From Paraspadella gotoi (taxonomy: Eukaryota; Animalia; Chaetognatha), in NCBI GenBank assembly GCA_051294375.1, contig CM119266.1:18896087-18960086 (forward strand): a stretch of 64,000 bases of DNA. Direction: 5' to 3'. The notes under the pieces were generated by a model, which was given only the letters and a program-made list of their open reading frames with translations, did not search any database and was not told where the DNA came from. A program made the translations under genes and the position numbers. This document shows, piece after piece, positions 12,941-25,545 of the stretch (position 1 is the stretch's first letter; each line of letters begins with the position of its first letter).

Positions 12941-14120
12941 ACTTTCTTTCTTTCTTTCTTTCTTTTTTTCTTTCTTTCTTTCTTATCTATTTTTTTAATT
13001 CTTTCTTTCTTTCTTTTTTCTTTCTTTTTTCTTTTTTTCACTCTAATTTTCATACTTTCTTTTTTTCTTTCCTTCCTTCCTTCTTTCCTTCTTTTATTTT
13101 AATTTTCATTCTTTCTTTCTTTATTTATTTCTTTTTTTCTTTGTTATCTATTTTTTTCTTTCTCTCTTTCTTTTATTCACTCTGTTTTAATTCTTTGTTT
13201 ATTTCTTTCTTTTTTTTCGTTCTTATTTTCCCTCTTTTTTTCTTTCTATCATTTTTTGCTTTTTTTCGTTCTTTTTTTCTCTTTTGTCTATCTGGAACTT
13301 TTTATTTCTTTCTAATTTTGGTTTCTTATCTCGTCAGTTTATTCAGAAATAAAGACATAAAATGCTCAAATGTTTAAAAATAACTCTAAACTATTTACAA
13401 TATTTTGATTGGTTTTATATAATATTAAATATACACTACCTTACCAGGTAGATAAATGCAGGGAACGTGGTAGCTTCTTGAAAACGATTCTCCGATCATC
13501 TTAAGTTCATTTTATATAAGTTTGGAGAAAGAATGCGCTGATAAATATAAAGGAAGTGAGAAATACGAAGTAGTTAAAAATTTAGTAAAAAGACCAACAT
13601 GGTCTTTGGCAGAATGACCTGATTCTGGTATTACCTCTTTTGTGTATCATATTTGTTGTTGTAACTAAACACAATTTCTGACTAATCGCTTTACTTTTTT
13701 ATTTCAAAAGTTTGTTCGCACTAACTACCTACTTAACTTCTTTTTATTCAGAAAGTTAAATGGATTCACTCGGAAAGACATTCGTCAGAAAATCGACTGG
13801 AAATAAAATAAAAGAGAATCGAAAAAAAAGATAGAAAGAATTAATTACGGAAAGAATCATTGAGAAGCGGAAATTGGACTTAAATCTCAAAGCTGATAGA
13901 GCTGAGACAGTTTCAAATCTAAGGGTAAGCCATTTCTGAAGTCATAGAGTAACATTCGTAATAACATCTATAAAGTAAGCCTTGGAAGAACCTTTCGTTC
14001 GCTACCAAAAATTTTATTCTAATCATATTATTAATACTATATTATTATTATTCTATAACCTAGACAGACTATAGATCGCTGCATTTTAAATGAGTATGAT
14101 AATTTCATTAGTGTTTCGTC

Positions 14121-14354
14121 TATGGCAACGGAAAGACTTGTGCGATACCCGGGTGTGAGGCATCTCCGACAGCTGGCGCCGCACGGATCTTGGATCCTGC
14201 TATGACCACCCATGTCACTGCGCGTTTTAGTTCCGCACACCATCACACGTCTAAATAGCGGACCAGTTAGGATTGACCCGAACTCAAGGCAATAGAAACT
14301 CCCTTTCTTAATATCCAGAAATGGAAGTAGCGTGACGCGAATTCGAAACGCCAA
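14121..14354 (-). mobile_element. Family B element (second subfamily)
   Basis: cagtgacatgggtggtca..gagatgcctcacacccgggtatc..ccgttgccata matches the 41.7 and 50.2 kb copies. Confidence 0.75.
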
Positions 14355-14467
14355 TTATAGAGTATAGTAGAATTAAGGTGCTTGTCGCTCCCCTTTTTCA
14401 TAACAAAACCCACTTGTTCAGTTCGAAATAGTATGGCGTTTAAGGTCAGGGATCACTCAAGAATTAC

Positions 14468-14602
14468 ATTGAAAGCTTGCAGGAGACCAGCTATGTCATT
14501 ATCTTGTAAGAGTGATGGAGGCATTAAACCACCAAAGCCAGTGTAAAGTCGAGGACAAGATATTTAATGAATGGAGAATTTTTATATTGGTTCTACCAAT
14601 TT
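14468..14602 (+). mobile_element. Family A partial copy with twister-like core (14500-14562)
   Basis: TATCTTGT aa GAGT GATGG AGGCAT TAA ACC AC CAAAG CCAG TGTAAAGT CGAG g ACAAGATA. P5 is a perfect 8-bp stem here; P4 and T1 are decayed. Confidence 0.85.
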
Positions 14603-15578
14603 GATAAAGCTTTATACAATTTTTTCATAACGCAAAAGAATCATATTCGAATTAGTATTTCTAATGAAAACAAATGAAATGCGTCCACGAAAGAAAGTAA
14701 CAACGGCGCAACGCTTCGGACTTGCCCGTTCTTGTTTAATTCGAGTGATCCCAGACCTTAAACAACCAACGCCAGTGGCACAGCACGGCTACGAAAAACG
14801 AGCGCCGATGCGTTTTCCTGGCGTAGAGCGAAAATAAGCTAATCACGAACCCTTTTGCCTGGCCACGTGCGGCAAAGGAGACTTTCGTGCATACAACTTG
14901 CCAAAATCGAAGAACGCGCTTCTACAAGATAACACTTTCACCTTCCTCTTGATAAATTACTCATAATTGACCAGGTCAGGTTCCTTACAGTTTTATTCCG
15001 TTTCTGGTTAATTCCGATCGGCCGTGCAATATTGTAATCAAGCGAGACAGCTTAGCTTAGTGTCCATATTTCCTAGACTATTAGGATTTGCTGGAATGCA
15101 AAGTTCTGAAAAATCTGAATCTGAAAGCGAGCGTTTAATTTAGTGATCTTTTGAAACGCGAATAGCGAATCACACAAAAGGAACACTTACCATTTATCAA
15201 TTGAGGTTTTAAACTTCTTTTTTTTATATAAAGGTTTTAAACTTTTTTGTTTTATTTAATATCTTGGAGCTTAATTTTTTTTTAATTACTGTTTGCTATG
15301 ATCGTTTGAAAAAATTCGAAAAATATCAATAATACTTACATCGAAACCTAGGCAACTTGTCGAAATGTCTGGAAAAACTGTAATTGTTTTGCCTTTATAC
15401 CTTAATCTACGTCATGAAAATACATGTTTGTATTACAATTAACGATTATCTCGTACAAGCATCTTTCCTCCTAGTCAAAAAAAATGTATAGAAATCATTA
15501 AATATAAAAAAAATTTCCTTAATTAAAGTGGTAATTAAAGTAGATTCTAGTAACATGGAAATCTATGCTTTGTTTCAG

Positions 15579-15632
15579 AAAAATCTGATGACCTGACGGA
15601 GGTGAATCTGCGTTTAAGCCGTTTTAAATCTG
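15579..15632 (+). CDS. Candidate 54-nt internal exon (KSDDLTEVNLRLSRFKS), could be UTR
   Basis: Acceptor ctttgtttcag, donor G|gtgagt, length divisible by 3, one open frame. Confidence 0.4.
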
Positions 15633-15714
15633 GTGAGTAGCGATTCTTCATATATATGCAGTGTATTTTATTGTAATTTAAAGTTATTAGCTATCAAAGA
15701 AATCGTTTATATTT

Positions 15715-15786
15715 AGACTGTTAGAGAGTCTTGATTGTAATCATGTCTTGCTAGGTTATTATCTTGTAGGAGGCCTTAACCAATAG
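15715..15786 (+). mobile_element. Family A degenerate fragment
   Basis: agactgttagagagtcttgattg..ttattatcttgtaggaggccttaacc. Confidence 0.65.
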
Positions 15787-17717
15787 GGTGATGTGAAAAT
15801 AATAAAACTTTCTAAAATTAAAATTTAGCATACAGAATATGAAAATAAAATCTATAAAAATACTTTGGTAAATTTATCCTTTAATACATTAGTGGGCACC
15901 AGTAAGCCATATATAATAATAAGTATATAATAGGCTAAAATTTCAAAATACAATTTTTTAATTTCTAGACCGGATTTGAGTTAGTTGCAAAAAGTTGATG
16001 AAGTATTATTCTTTTTATTATTTTATTAAGTTGGTTAAAATATAAAAAACTAATTTAAGATTCCGATTTTTAATTTTAAGCTTTAAAATAAAGTTTTTTT
16101 TTTTAATTTTAACTTACTAAATAACAATCTTTTTATAAAAAATCATATTTCCTTTTATCAACTTTCATGAGGAATCTGAATCTGTTCTCAGAATTTAATA
16201 AAACTATTTTTAAATTTTAAAATTAGATAAGGGTAGTACTATATATAAAAAAACAATTTCATTACTATTATTGAAAGTTCAAGATTTAAACTGGCATGGT
16301 GAGCCTGGCGCTATTCCCGACTATATACAATCATACATCAATGAAAGTATTTCAAAATAATTAAATAAATTTTTGAAAAGATCTTTATTTTGGTTTTAAA
16401 TTGCGTACCTAAGGCTAAGCTTTTTCCGAGGTTAAATAAAAAATTTGTAGACTACTTTCAGTATCTATAACTATGGGAATTGTAATTGTAATTGTTTTTG
16501 TACTATATTTTGCCAAAAGTGGAATCCCAATGAAATTGTATTATAAAATAATAATATCATGTAATTATATTATATAATTATACGGTGAGCCTGAAAAATT
16601 ATTTGAATTCAACACGAGTTGTTAAAATTAACGCTATCGTGAAATTTACGAAAGTAGTAAATGCAACATTTAACATTGAGCTGTCGTGCTGTTAGATTTA
16701 TCTGCCTTTTGTTTTTGATGCTTTGTGCCAAGGTTCCCCTACCGGAAACTTTGAAAAGTTGAAAGCAGTTGTTTTCTTCTTTTATATATTACCACTATAT
16801 ATCTAACTTCGAGTGGTATAATTTATGTTTTGAGTTCGCTCCTTAAAAAAAAATTCAAATAAGTATTCACTAAAAAAAAGAATTATTATTATTATGACTA
16901 TTTTTTCAGTTAAAACAAAAAACATTTTTTTCTTCAAGACGTCCTTTGTTTTGGCAAACTCTGCACTCAGCTTGAAGATGGCAGCAGAACTCCGTCCCCC
17001 TTGTTGCTTATCGAATAAAACAAAAAACATTCGGTTTGCATTGAGTCAATAATGCATACCTAAATTAGCGTAAGAAGATCAAAAAAATATTTTTTTATCA
17101 TGATATCATAATGTCATTTTTTATTTAATTTTTTTTTAAACCTCGCCTCAAATTTAGATAAAATTTGAAATTGGGAATGCCAATTTATCCTTTCATTCAT
17201 TAAATGAGCCTTCTTGACGGCTGTCTTTCGACAGCCCTGCCTCTGGCGGGTTTAGGCTGCCATCTCTTTTTCGTGATCATAACATAGCGGAACTCAGTAA
17301 GCTTTTTTGTGTTGTAGAATTTCATTCTTTTTATGATAATTCATATATTCGAAAGCGGTGATTTAGTTCTAATATTAATTTATATGACAGCTATAGGCTG
17401 TTTCTCTATAATTTTTTATTTGAANNNNNNNNNNNNNNNNNNNNNNNNNNNNNNNNNNNNNNNNNNNNNNNNNNNNNNNNNNNNNNNNNNNNNNNNNNNN
17501 NNNNNNNNNNNNNNNNNNNNNNNNNNNNNNNNNNNNNNNNNNNNNNNNNNNNNNNNNNNNNNNNNNNNNNNNNNNNNNNNNNNNNNNNNNNNNNNNNNNN
17601 NNNNNNNNNNNNNNNNNNNNNNNNNNNNNNNNNNNNNNNNNNNNNNNNNNNNNNNNNNNNNNNNNNNNNNNNNNNNNNNNNGGGGGAAGAAAGAGAGAGA
17701 AGAAAAAAAGAAAGTAC

Positions 17718-17905
17718 TTTTTGTGTTGCATGAAAAATTGGTCGTTCTCGTTGCTGGTCAATGATCGCCTCGACCAAAGGCAAATTTCCTTTGTACAACT
17801 GAGGGAGAAAATCCGATTCGTCGGCCGCAATGCGGGCATTGTCAACTATTCGCAGCTTTCTTCGGGACTGCAGGTGGTTGGGGTCATCGGGTCGCCTGAC
17901 CCTCT
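17718..17905 (-). CDS. Candidate coding exon, unknown protein (..PDDPNHLQSRRKLRIVDNARIAADESDFLPQLYKGNLPLVEAIIDQQRERPIFHATQK)
   Basis: High-complexity, GC-richer open frame ending at AAA|gtactt. Acceptor is weak and the 5' boundary is uncertain. Confidence 0.35.
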
Positions 17906-18664
17906 CTGACCCCGTGCACAAATATCGGACGAAGCATCCATCAAGAGGAGAAGTGAAGGGAAAATGGAGGGCGGAAAAAAAGAGTAAAAAGAAAAATAAG
18001 AGAAAGAGAGAGAGAGAGAATATAGAAAGAGAAGTGAAGAGAGAGAAAGAGAGAATAGAAAAAATAATGAAGAGAGAGAGAGAGAATAAAAAATGGAATG
18101 AAGAGAGAGAGAGAAAGNNNNNNNNNNTTTCTTCTATACATGTTCATCGTACATGATACATAGTTTTTTTTCTTAATTCATGACGTAACGTTTTTTCATT
18201 TGATTTCTTTGATGGGCTCAGCCTCTTCTTTCCCCTTTTGCCTTCGCCAACCCACGATGAAAGGAAGTCGCCTTTTTCGTTTGGCCTTGAATCACGACTT
18301 TTTTCCGGCTCCATTCATAATCATGGCCCAATAAACTCGCTCGCTCCGTCAACACTCGCAAGGCCCAAGGGTTCATGAAAACATTTTATTCTCTTTATTT
18401 ATTTATTTTTTTAGTTTTCCACGAAAAAAATATTCGGTTTTTCTAGATTTTGATTTTTATGTCAACACGTTTCTCTTTCCTTCATAATCACTATTAATAA
18501 GGTTAAAATAGTAAATTAATGAATATTTGAAAACGCACTGAAGCTCGGATAAATTATAAAAACGAGATTTTGATTCTTCGGATTACCTTCATTCTCTAGT
18601 AAGATGCAACAATATTATGTCCAATAATATTTGGATTAAAATCGGACAACTTAAAATCGAAATA

Positions 18665-18965
18665 TTCACCACTTTTCTTTCTTTTCTTTTTCTCTTCTTT
18701 TCGGCAACTTCTCTTTCCTGCTCCACATCTTTTCTTTCTTCTTTTTTTCTCTTCTCTTTGGCGACCTCTTTTCCCGGCTCCTCCACTTTTCTTTCTTCTC
18801 TTTTTCTCTTCTTTTTGGCAACTTCTCTTTCCTGCTCCACTACTTTTCTTTCTTTTCTTTTTTCTTCTTTTTGGCGACCTCCTTTCTTAGCTCCACCACT
18901 TTTCTTTTTTCTCTTTTTCTCTTCTCTTTGACGACCTCTCTTTCCTGCTCCTCCACTTCTCTTTC
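18665..18965. repeat. ~60-bp pyrimidine-rich minisatellite, about 5 units
   Basis: Recurrent ttggcRacYtctctttcctgctccac unit; explains ORFs 18589-19077 and 18617-18931. Confidence 0.85.
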
Positions 18966-20092
18966 TTCTCTTTTTACTTCTCTTTTTTTCTTCTCTTTTC
19001 GTTTCCGCCTTTAATTTCTTCGTCGGTTTTTGCAGCTCATTTTTCATGAGTCGGAAAATCTTGTTTGTTTTGGTCAAAACCGCTTCTTTTTCTTTTTCTT
19101 TTTCTTTTTCTTTTTCTTTTTCTTTTTCTTTTTCTTTTTCTTTTCTTTTCCTTTTCCTTTTCCTTTTCCTTTTCCTTTTTAATTTTCTTTTCCTTTTTCC
19201 TTTTCCTTTTCCTTTTCCTTTTCCTTTTCCTTTTCCTTTTTAATTTTCTTTTTCTTTTTATTTTTCTTTTTCTTTTCCTTTTTTTCTTTTTATTTTCAAA
19301 GCAGCTTCTTTTTATTTTTATTTTCCTTTTCCTTTTCCTTTTTCTTTTTTTTCTTTTCCTTTTCCTTTTTCTTTTTCTTTTTCTTTTTCTTCCTTTTCTT
19401 TTTCTTTTTCATTTTCTATTTTTTCTCTTCTACCTCTTCCTGCTTTCCCCATGCATGCGATGCTTCTCTCTTTTCTTCATCAACTCAGCGGAAATACATA
19501 TTTAGTCATCCATGAAAAAACGCCGTACGGTCGGACCTAGACCGAGACCTAGACCTAGACCCTTAGTTCAAAACGTGAACATTATTTATTTTCTTTCTTT
19601 TTCGTTCGTTCTATTCCTCGTTCATTCGTTTATTCGTATCTTCCTTCATTTCCTTCCTTCCTTCCTTCCTTCTTTCCTTCTTTGCCTTCTATGTTTCTTC
19701 TTATTTCTTACATGCCTTGGCTTTCGCTTTCTTTCTTTGCTTTCTTTTCTTCCTTCTTGGCCTCTCCTTCCTTCCTTCCTTCCTTCCTTCCTTCCTTCCT
19801 TCGCTTCCTTTCGCTTCCCTTTTTCCTTGCTTCCTTCCTTCCTTCCTTCCTTCTTTTTGTCCTTTAGCTTCCTTCCTTCGTGTCATGTTTGAACCTTAAT
19901 CCATTGTTCAATTTTTTTTACCTCTTTCTTAGTAATTTTTTACCATAAATTTGGAAGCTAAATGCGTTTATACTACTTTTTTTTCCGTTTTTTCATTGTT
20001 CTTCATCTTCCAATGTTTTTTCAATAATTAATAATGACAATAATTGCTTTTGATGCAAAAGTCAAAGGTTCACTGAAAACTAGTTCATCGAT

Positions 20093-20210
<118 letters not shown>

Positions 20211-20637
20211 AGGGATGAAAGGAAATAGAAGAGAAGGGAGAAGGGGAAAAGTCATCGCCGTTATATTATTCTTTTTTTCTCGGCAGCAGGTACTAACTGC
20301 AATGCTGCACCTTGACGTGAACAATCTCTTTTCCAGCAGCTGTACATTTAGTTTGATTGAGAAAGACCGAAAGTGGGTTATCTCGCTCTCTCGATCTCTT
20401 GATGCTTCGTGGAAAATCGACGCCAAAAGTGCGACGAAATCGAATTCAGTTCATGTTTTTCATTGGCGGCTCCGGGTAAGGAAAGGTGAGTAAATCTGTG
20501 TCACCGAATCTCATCTCTCTGCAATCGATGATTATAAAGATTTCGTATAAATAAATTAAGAAAATTTCAAGGGAATTTTTTCAATTTTATGTTTTCACTG
20601 AGAATAAAAACGGTATTAACACGAAGACGAACGTAAT

Positions 20638-20850
20638 AGAGTGAGAAAGAGAGCGACAGAGTCAGAGAGAGTGAGAAAGAGCGACAGAGACAGAGAGAGT
20701 GAGAAAGAGAGCGACAGAGTCAGAGAGAGTGAGAAAGAGAGTGACAGAGACAGAGAGAGTGAGAAAGAGAGCGACCGAAACAGAGAGTGAGAAAGAGAGC
20801 GACAGAGACAGAAAGAGTGAAAAAGAGAGCGACAGAGTCAGAGAGAGTGG
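20638..20850. repeat. ~30-bp minisatellite (gagtgagaaagagagcgacagagWcagaga)
   Basis: About 7 units visible. Confidence 0.9.
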
Positions 20851-21125
20851 GTAAGAGAAAGAAAAATCAATCATCCATTCATGTCCTTTTTGTCACCCGT
20901 TTTAACCTCGTCGCTGACCTTCGATATCTTCCTCCAGTGACCGAGAATGTTGAAGCGCCTCGTGATCCGACCCCCTTTCGCCCCCCTTCCGTTTTCCAGC
21001 TGCTTGCCACCCCAAAGGCCAGGGCACTCCCAACGTTCCCCTCTCCGCCCTGACCCAACTGGTTACCACTGCGTCTCTTTTTGACATCATCGAGCTCCGC
21101 CCACGTTGACGTTACTGTTCAACTT

Positions 21126-21205
21126 CCTACCTTCTTAACACTTATTACCTTCTTAACACTTAATACCTTCTTAACACTTAATACCTTCTTAACACTTAAT
21201 ACCTC
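21126..21205. repeat. 18-bp tandem repeat (taccttcttaacacttaa) x4
   Basis: Directly visible. Confidence 0.9.
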
Positions 21206-22062
21206 CTCCTTTACCTCACTTTCTTTTTTTTTCTCTCCTTCCCTCTTACTCCCCTGTTCCTCTTTGATCGAATCCCCCCCTTCCTCTCTATTTCCCCCTT
21301 ACCCCTCTCTTCCAACTCCTCGTCCTAACCTGACCCGAATAATAAATCGTCTGCTTCTAAATTTTGACTTCCCCTTCGCTTTCGTCTCCGTCGCGTCTCA
21401 CGAGCGAAAGATGTTCACTGTTCAGTCTTCACAACGAATGGGAGATTTTTAAAGAAAAGAAGATTATTTCGTATCTATCTATAGGAAACTATTCGATTTA
21501 TACATTATACACTGTATATATTAAATATACAGTAATCGTGAGGAAAAATGTCAAATCAAATAGAATCGAAATTCGATTTTAATATTGAATAATGTTTTAT
21601 AAAAAAAATTATTTATTTTTTCTTAAATTTCATTTCTGATTAAAATTTTAAAAGCTCCTACACCCTTATATACATACATAACTAAAAATAACAAAATGAA
21701 ATAAATCTGCAATACATCTGGATATTCTGTGAATCTCTGTTAACTTTGTCGATTGTCATTTTATTTTATTTAAAGATCGAAACGCTGATTGTCGAGTCAT
21801 TTCTCTTTTTTTCTCCGCAACGTCAATTTGAAACTTCTGGATCTCTCGAATCCATGACCTCATGACCAAAATTTCCCCCCCCCATCCGCGCCCTTTCTTT
21901 CCTAGCCCCCGGATGTAGGGCGAGTGAAAGAGAAAAGAAGGGGAGCAACCCCGTATGTCGTCCGTGACCCCGTTATTTGAACGTCGTCGTCTCCCATTAC
22001 GATCTTTGACCTTCGACCTCTGATCGAAGGGGGCGTCTCCTCCCTCTCGATCTTATTCCACA

Positions 22063-22110
<48 letters not shown>

Positions 22111-22122
22111 CCTTCCCGCGCA

Positions 22123-22263
22123 ATGATACTCACAAGAACTACTTTCTACCGCGCTCAACGCTCTCTCGATAATGTCGACGAACAACAAAAAGTTGAAAGT
22201 GGAATAGAATCATCTTTTGAAGCCGAGAATTTTCTTTACGCCTTGATGTCACATTTATCACAG
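22123..22263 (+). CDS. Candidate first coding exon (MILTRTTFYRAQRSLDNVDEQQKVESGIESSFEAENFLYALMSHLSQ)
   Basis: ATG-initiated non-repetitive frame ending at CAG|gtactt. No recognisable domain. Confidence 0.3.
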
Positions 22264-23185
22264 GTACTTTATCATAGTTACCACATTATTGATATCGAGG
22301 TCGTGGAACCCGCAATATTGCTCACATTTTTTACTCTCGCACAATTTCTTCAAACCTACACCAGCGAATGAGTTAGTAATTTCGAAAAACCATTTTCCTT
22401 CACATCTGGGCAATGGGCAGTGAACACATGATCGATCTATCTACATTTACATTTACATTTACATTTACATTTACATCTGCAATGGGCAGTGAGCACATGA
22501 TCGATCTATCTACCGGTACATTGTACATTTAACTCTATTCATTAAAAACAGTGATCGACTGCTAACTCCTGCAAGACCTGCACGCGCCTTTGGCCCAAGC
22601 GCATCCAGCTGCGGCCCAAATCTTACTCTACATCTTTGTATTCGCTGGCGACACGACGTCTGACGCGGGTGAGGACACCGTTGCCGCCGCTGCCTCGTCG
22701 GCAGCCTCTGTATCACCGCCGCCGCGGCGCCGCCGTCATGAGAAATCCTGAGCGCGACTGCAGAAAGAGATTTTTCGGTTGCCTTCCGAGTTTTATCTCG
22801 TTTTCTCGGCCACGAAAAATGAAAGGTCTCTCCACGGCGACAAAATCAGCCCGACTCACATGGACTCACCTCAACTCAGATCTCAACTTTAACCCAAATT
22901 CATCCAAAAAAAAGAAAAACAGTGGGGGAGACAGAGAGGGAGAGAGAGAGGGAGAGAGAGAGGGGGGGGAGAGAGAGAGAGAGAGAGAGCTTGCCATTTA
23001 GATAAGAGAAATATAAGAGTAAGACTGTGTGTGCACACTGCACAGTCCACTCGTTTCTTGTTACCTATGGTAAACCATGCAGTTTTGAAACATTCTTAAT
23101 ATTTTTCATTACGTATTCTTAATTCTTTTAAATTTTTATAATGCTGTTTTATAGTGCCAATTTTCAACCAACTGTTTTTTCCTCG

Positions 23186-23260
<75 letters not shown>

Positions 23261-23689
23261 CTTCCCTCCCTTTTGTTCTTTTCATTTTCGCATATGACCT
23301 TGAGCGTGTGTTTGAGTAAGCGTTTAGCGAGGCTTATGACCGTGGTGACGAATTCAAACATAACTATTATAAATCCAACTATACTGAAGACGAAGACGAT
23401 GACGACTAAAATTACGAACGTTCAAAATTGATTCAAATATATTTAATAATTGCTTCTATGATTTGACGTTGTAGGGATACAATATTAAACGTTAAGTGAT
23501 TTAGCTCTAGGCTACATAAAGTTTTAATGTGGCGCGTTTCAACTCAGCAGTTGGCAACTGTGTTCGCTTTCAACACATTTTTGTTTATTATATTAGCTAA
23601 TTTTTTATGCCTTTCATCCCTTTTATTAACAATCCAAAAACTAGGACATTTCCTATTCACTCATCCATCCGTCTATTCATTCCGTTCTT

Positions 23690-23746
<57 letters not shown>

Positions 23747-25545
23747 TCGATCGTTTTTTTCTTTCCGTTTTATAATTGATTTTCCTGTTTTATTGAATTA
23801 AATTTAAATTTATATTTTGTTTTTGCGTCAAGATAAAAGTGCTGCCTTCGACTTTCACTAACCTTGTAATAGGATAAGACAGCAGAAATTTTTGGAAGAC
23901 AACAATCAATTGTATGGAATTATAAATTAAAATATAACTATAGTTTTAAAAAAGCATCATTTTAAAAAGTACTCAGATTCGAAAAGTGACATTCCATAGA
24001 AAAATTGACTAGCGACACAAGCTTAAACACGAAACCCTTTTTCCTTTGGATTAACCATGAACGCGCTTCCACGAACGCGCTTCCACTCCTCCGAATTCCC
24101 ACCGCCAGGGGCGTGGTCGTATTCCTTCCCCGAGAAGCAGTGAAAATCTTCTGTTAATTTGACCTCTCGACCTCCAGCGCTCCTGGAGGAGGACGACGAA
24201 AAAACAAAAGCGCACGTGGAAGCACGTTTCGTTTCTAGAGGCCGAGAGTGGAGGAAGGGGGGAGGAGGAAGTGGGGGAGGAGGGGAAGGAGGAAGTGGGG
24301 GAAGGGGGAGGAAAAGGGGGAGGGGAGACACTTTGGTGTTTATGAACGGTTTAATGATATATTCATAACTTTTATTCTGTCTCTTCATGCAAAAAAAGTA
24401 TTTTTCTGTTCCTACTATATATTATAGATATATTTTCCCTGACTTATTTTATTCTTAACTACAAAGAGGCGCAAGAGCATCGTACGTTAGTCGAATGCCA
24501 AGAATTCATGACATTCAACAAATGTCAAGCGACGTCAACAACGAAGTTGACGACAAAAAACAAAATCTAAACAAAGATAAACCTTTTTTTTTTCTTTCTG
24601 ACTTTTATCGCGTTTAATTTGATCGTGTGATAGAAACGTCATCAAAGGCCAGAGATTTTTGAACTTCAAAATTCCCATAAAAATTTCTAAGGCTGGTGTA
24701 GAATATTAATTTGTGGAGAATAAAAAAGAAAAGTTTAGAATTAAAAAAAATGCTACTTTTTATTTTTCGTGTTTTTGACACTTCAGTACCATTTCCTCAT
24801 TCAAGGCATGGAGACTGGAGAGCATTGAGAGCATTAAACAATGCACAGTTAATAAGTTATACACAATTATGCATAGACGTATTAGACAGGTTGACATTAA
24901 TAAAGCCATCAGCTCATGTCCCTTGGGTAGGGGATCGATAACCACAACTACGACCTTGAAATATCTCCAGGCCTGGTTCCGACTTGGTCATGACAGACAG
25001 GACCCGTTCCATCGCTGGCGAGGGTCGGCAAAGTAATAGTAATAGTGATAGTAATAGTAATCTTCATAGTAATCTTCATTGTTCAGCCCACATCTATTAA
25101 CAAAAGGTCTTTTTTCGTGTATAGCTTATGATAATCTTAAAACTGTGTTTTAAAATCTAATATCAATTCGATTTTAGGATATAACAAACCGTTTAACATC
25201 TTTTTAATTCCGGTCGCTAAAAGATTATCGATATATCTGATATGTAGGTAATCCACGATTGTCTTTCTACACCAAAAGACTTTCCTCCAAAATCTATGGA
25301 AAGGAATTTTTTTTCCTTTAACCCCTCTGCCTTTGTTTCTCAATCTAATTTCCTAGCGACGACAACGACAACGACGACGACAACGACGATGACAACGACG
25401 ACGACAACGACGACGACAACGACGACGTGGCTTCAAGTGGAAACAAACTCTCACGTGAGAAAGACTAAACGAGAAAACTAAAAAGACGTGATGCTCTTGA
25501 CTAAAATGGAAAAGGAACGAATTAAACGAGGTTTTCTCCGTCGAA

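Noticed and set aside
15600-15612. ggtgaatctgcg matching part of the CPEB3 ribozyme P4
   Set aside because: No surrounding pseudoknot; better explained as part of a splice-bounded exon.
17815-17855. VDNARIAADE resembling the keratin coil 1B motif IDNARLAADDF
   Set aside because: Flanks contain prolines and no heptad pattern; the short match is probably chance.
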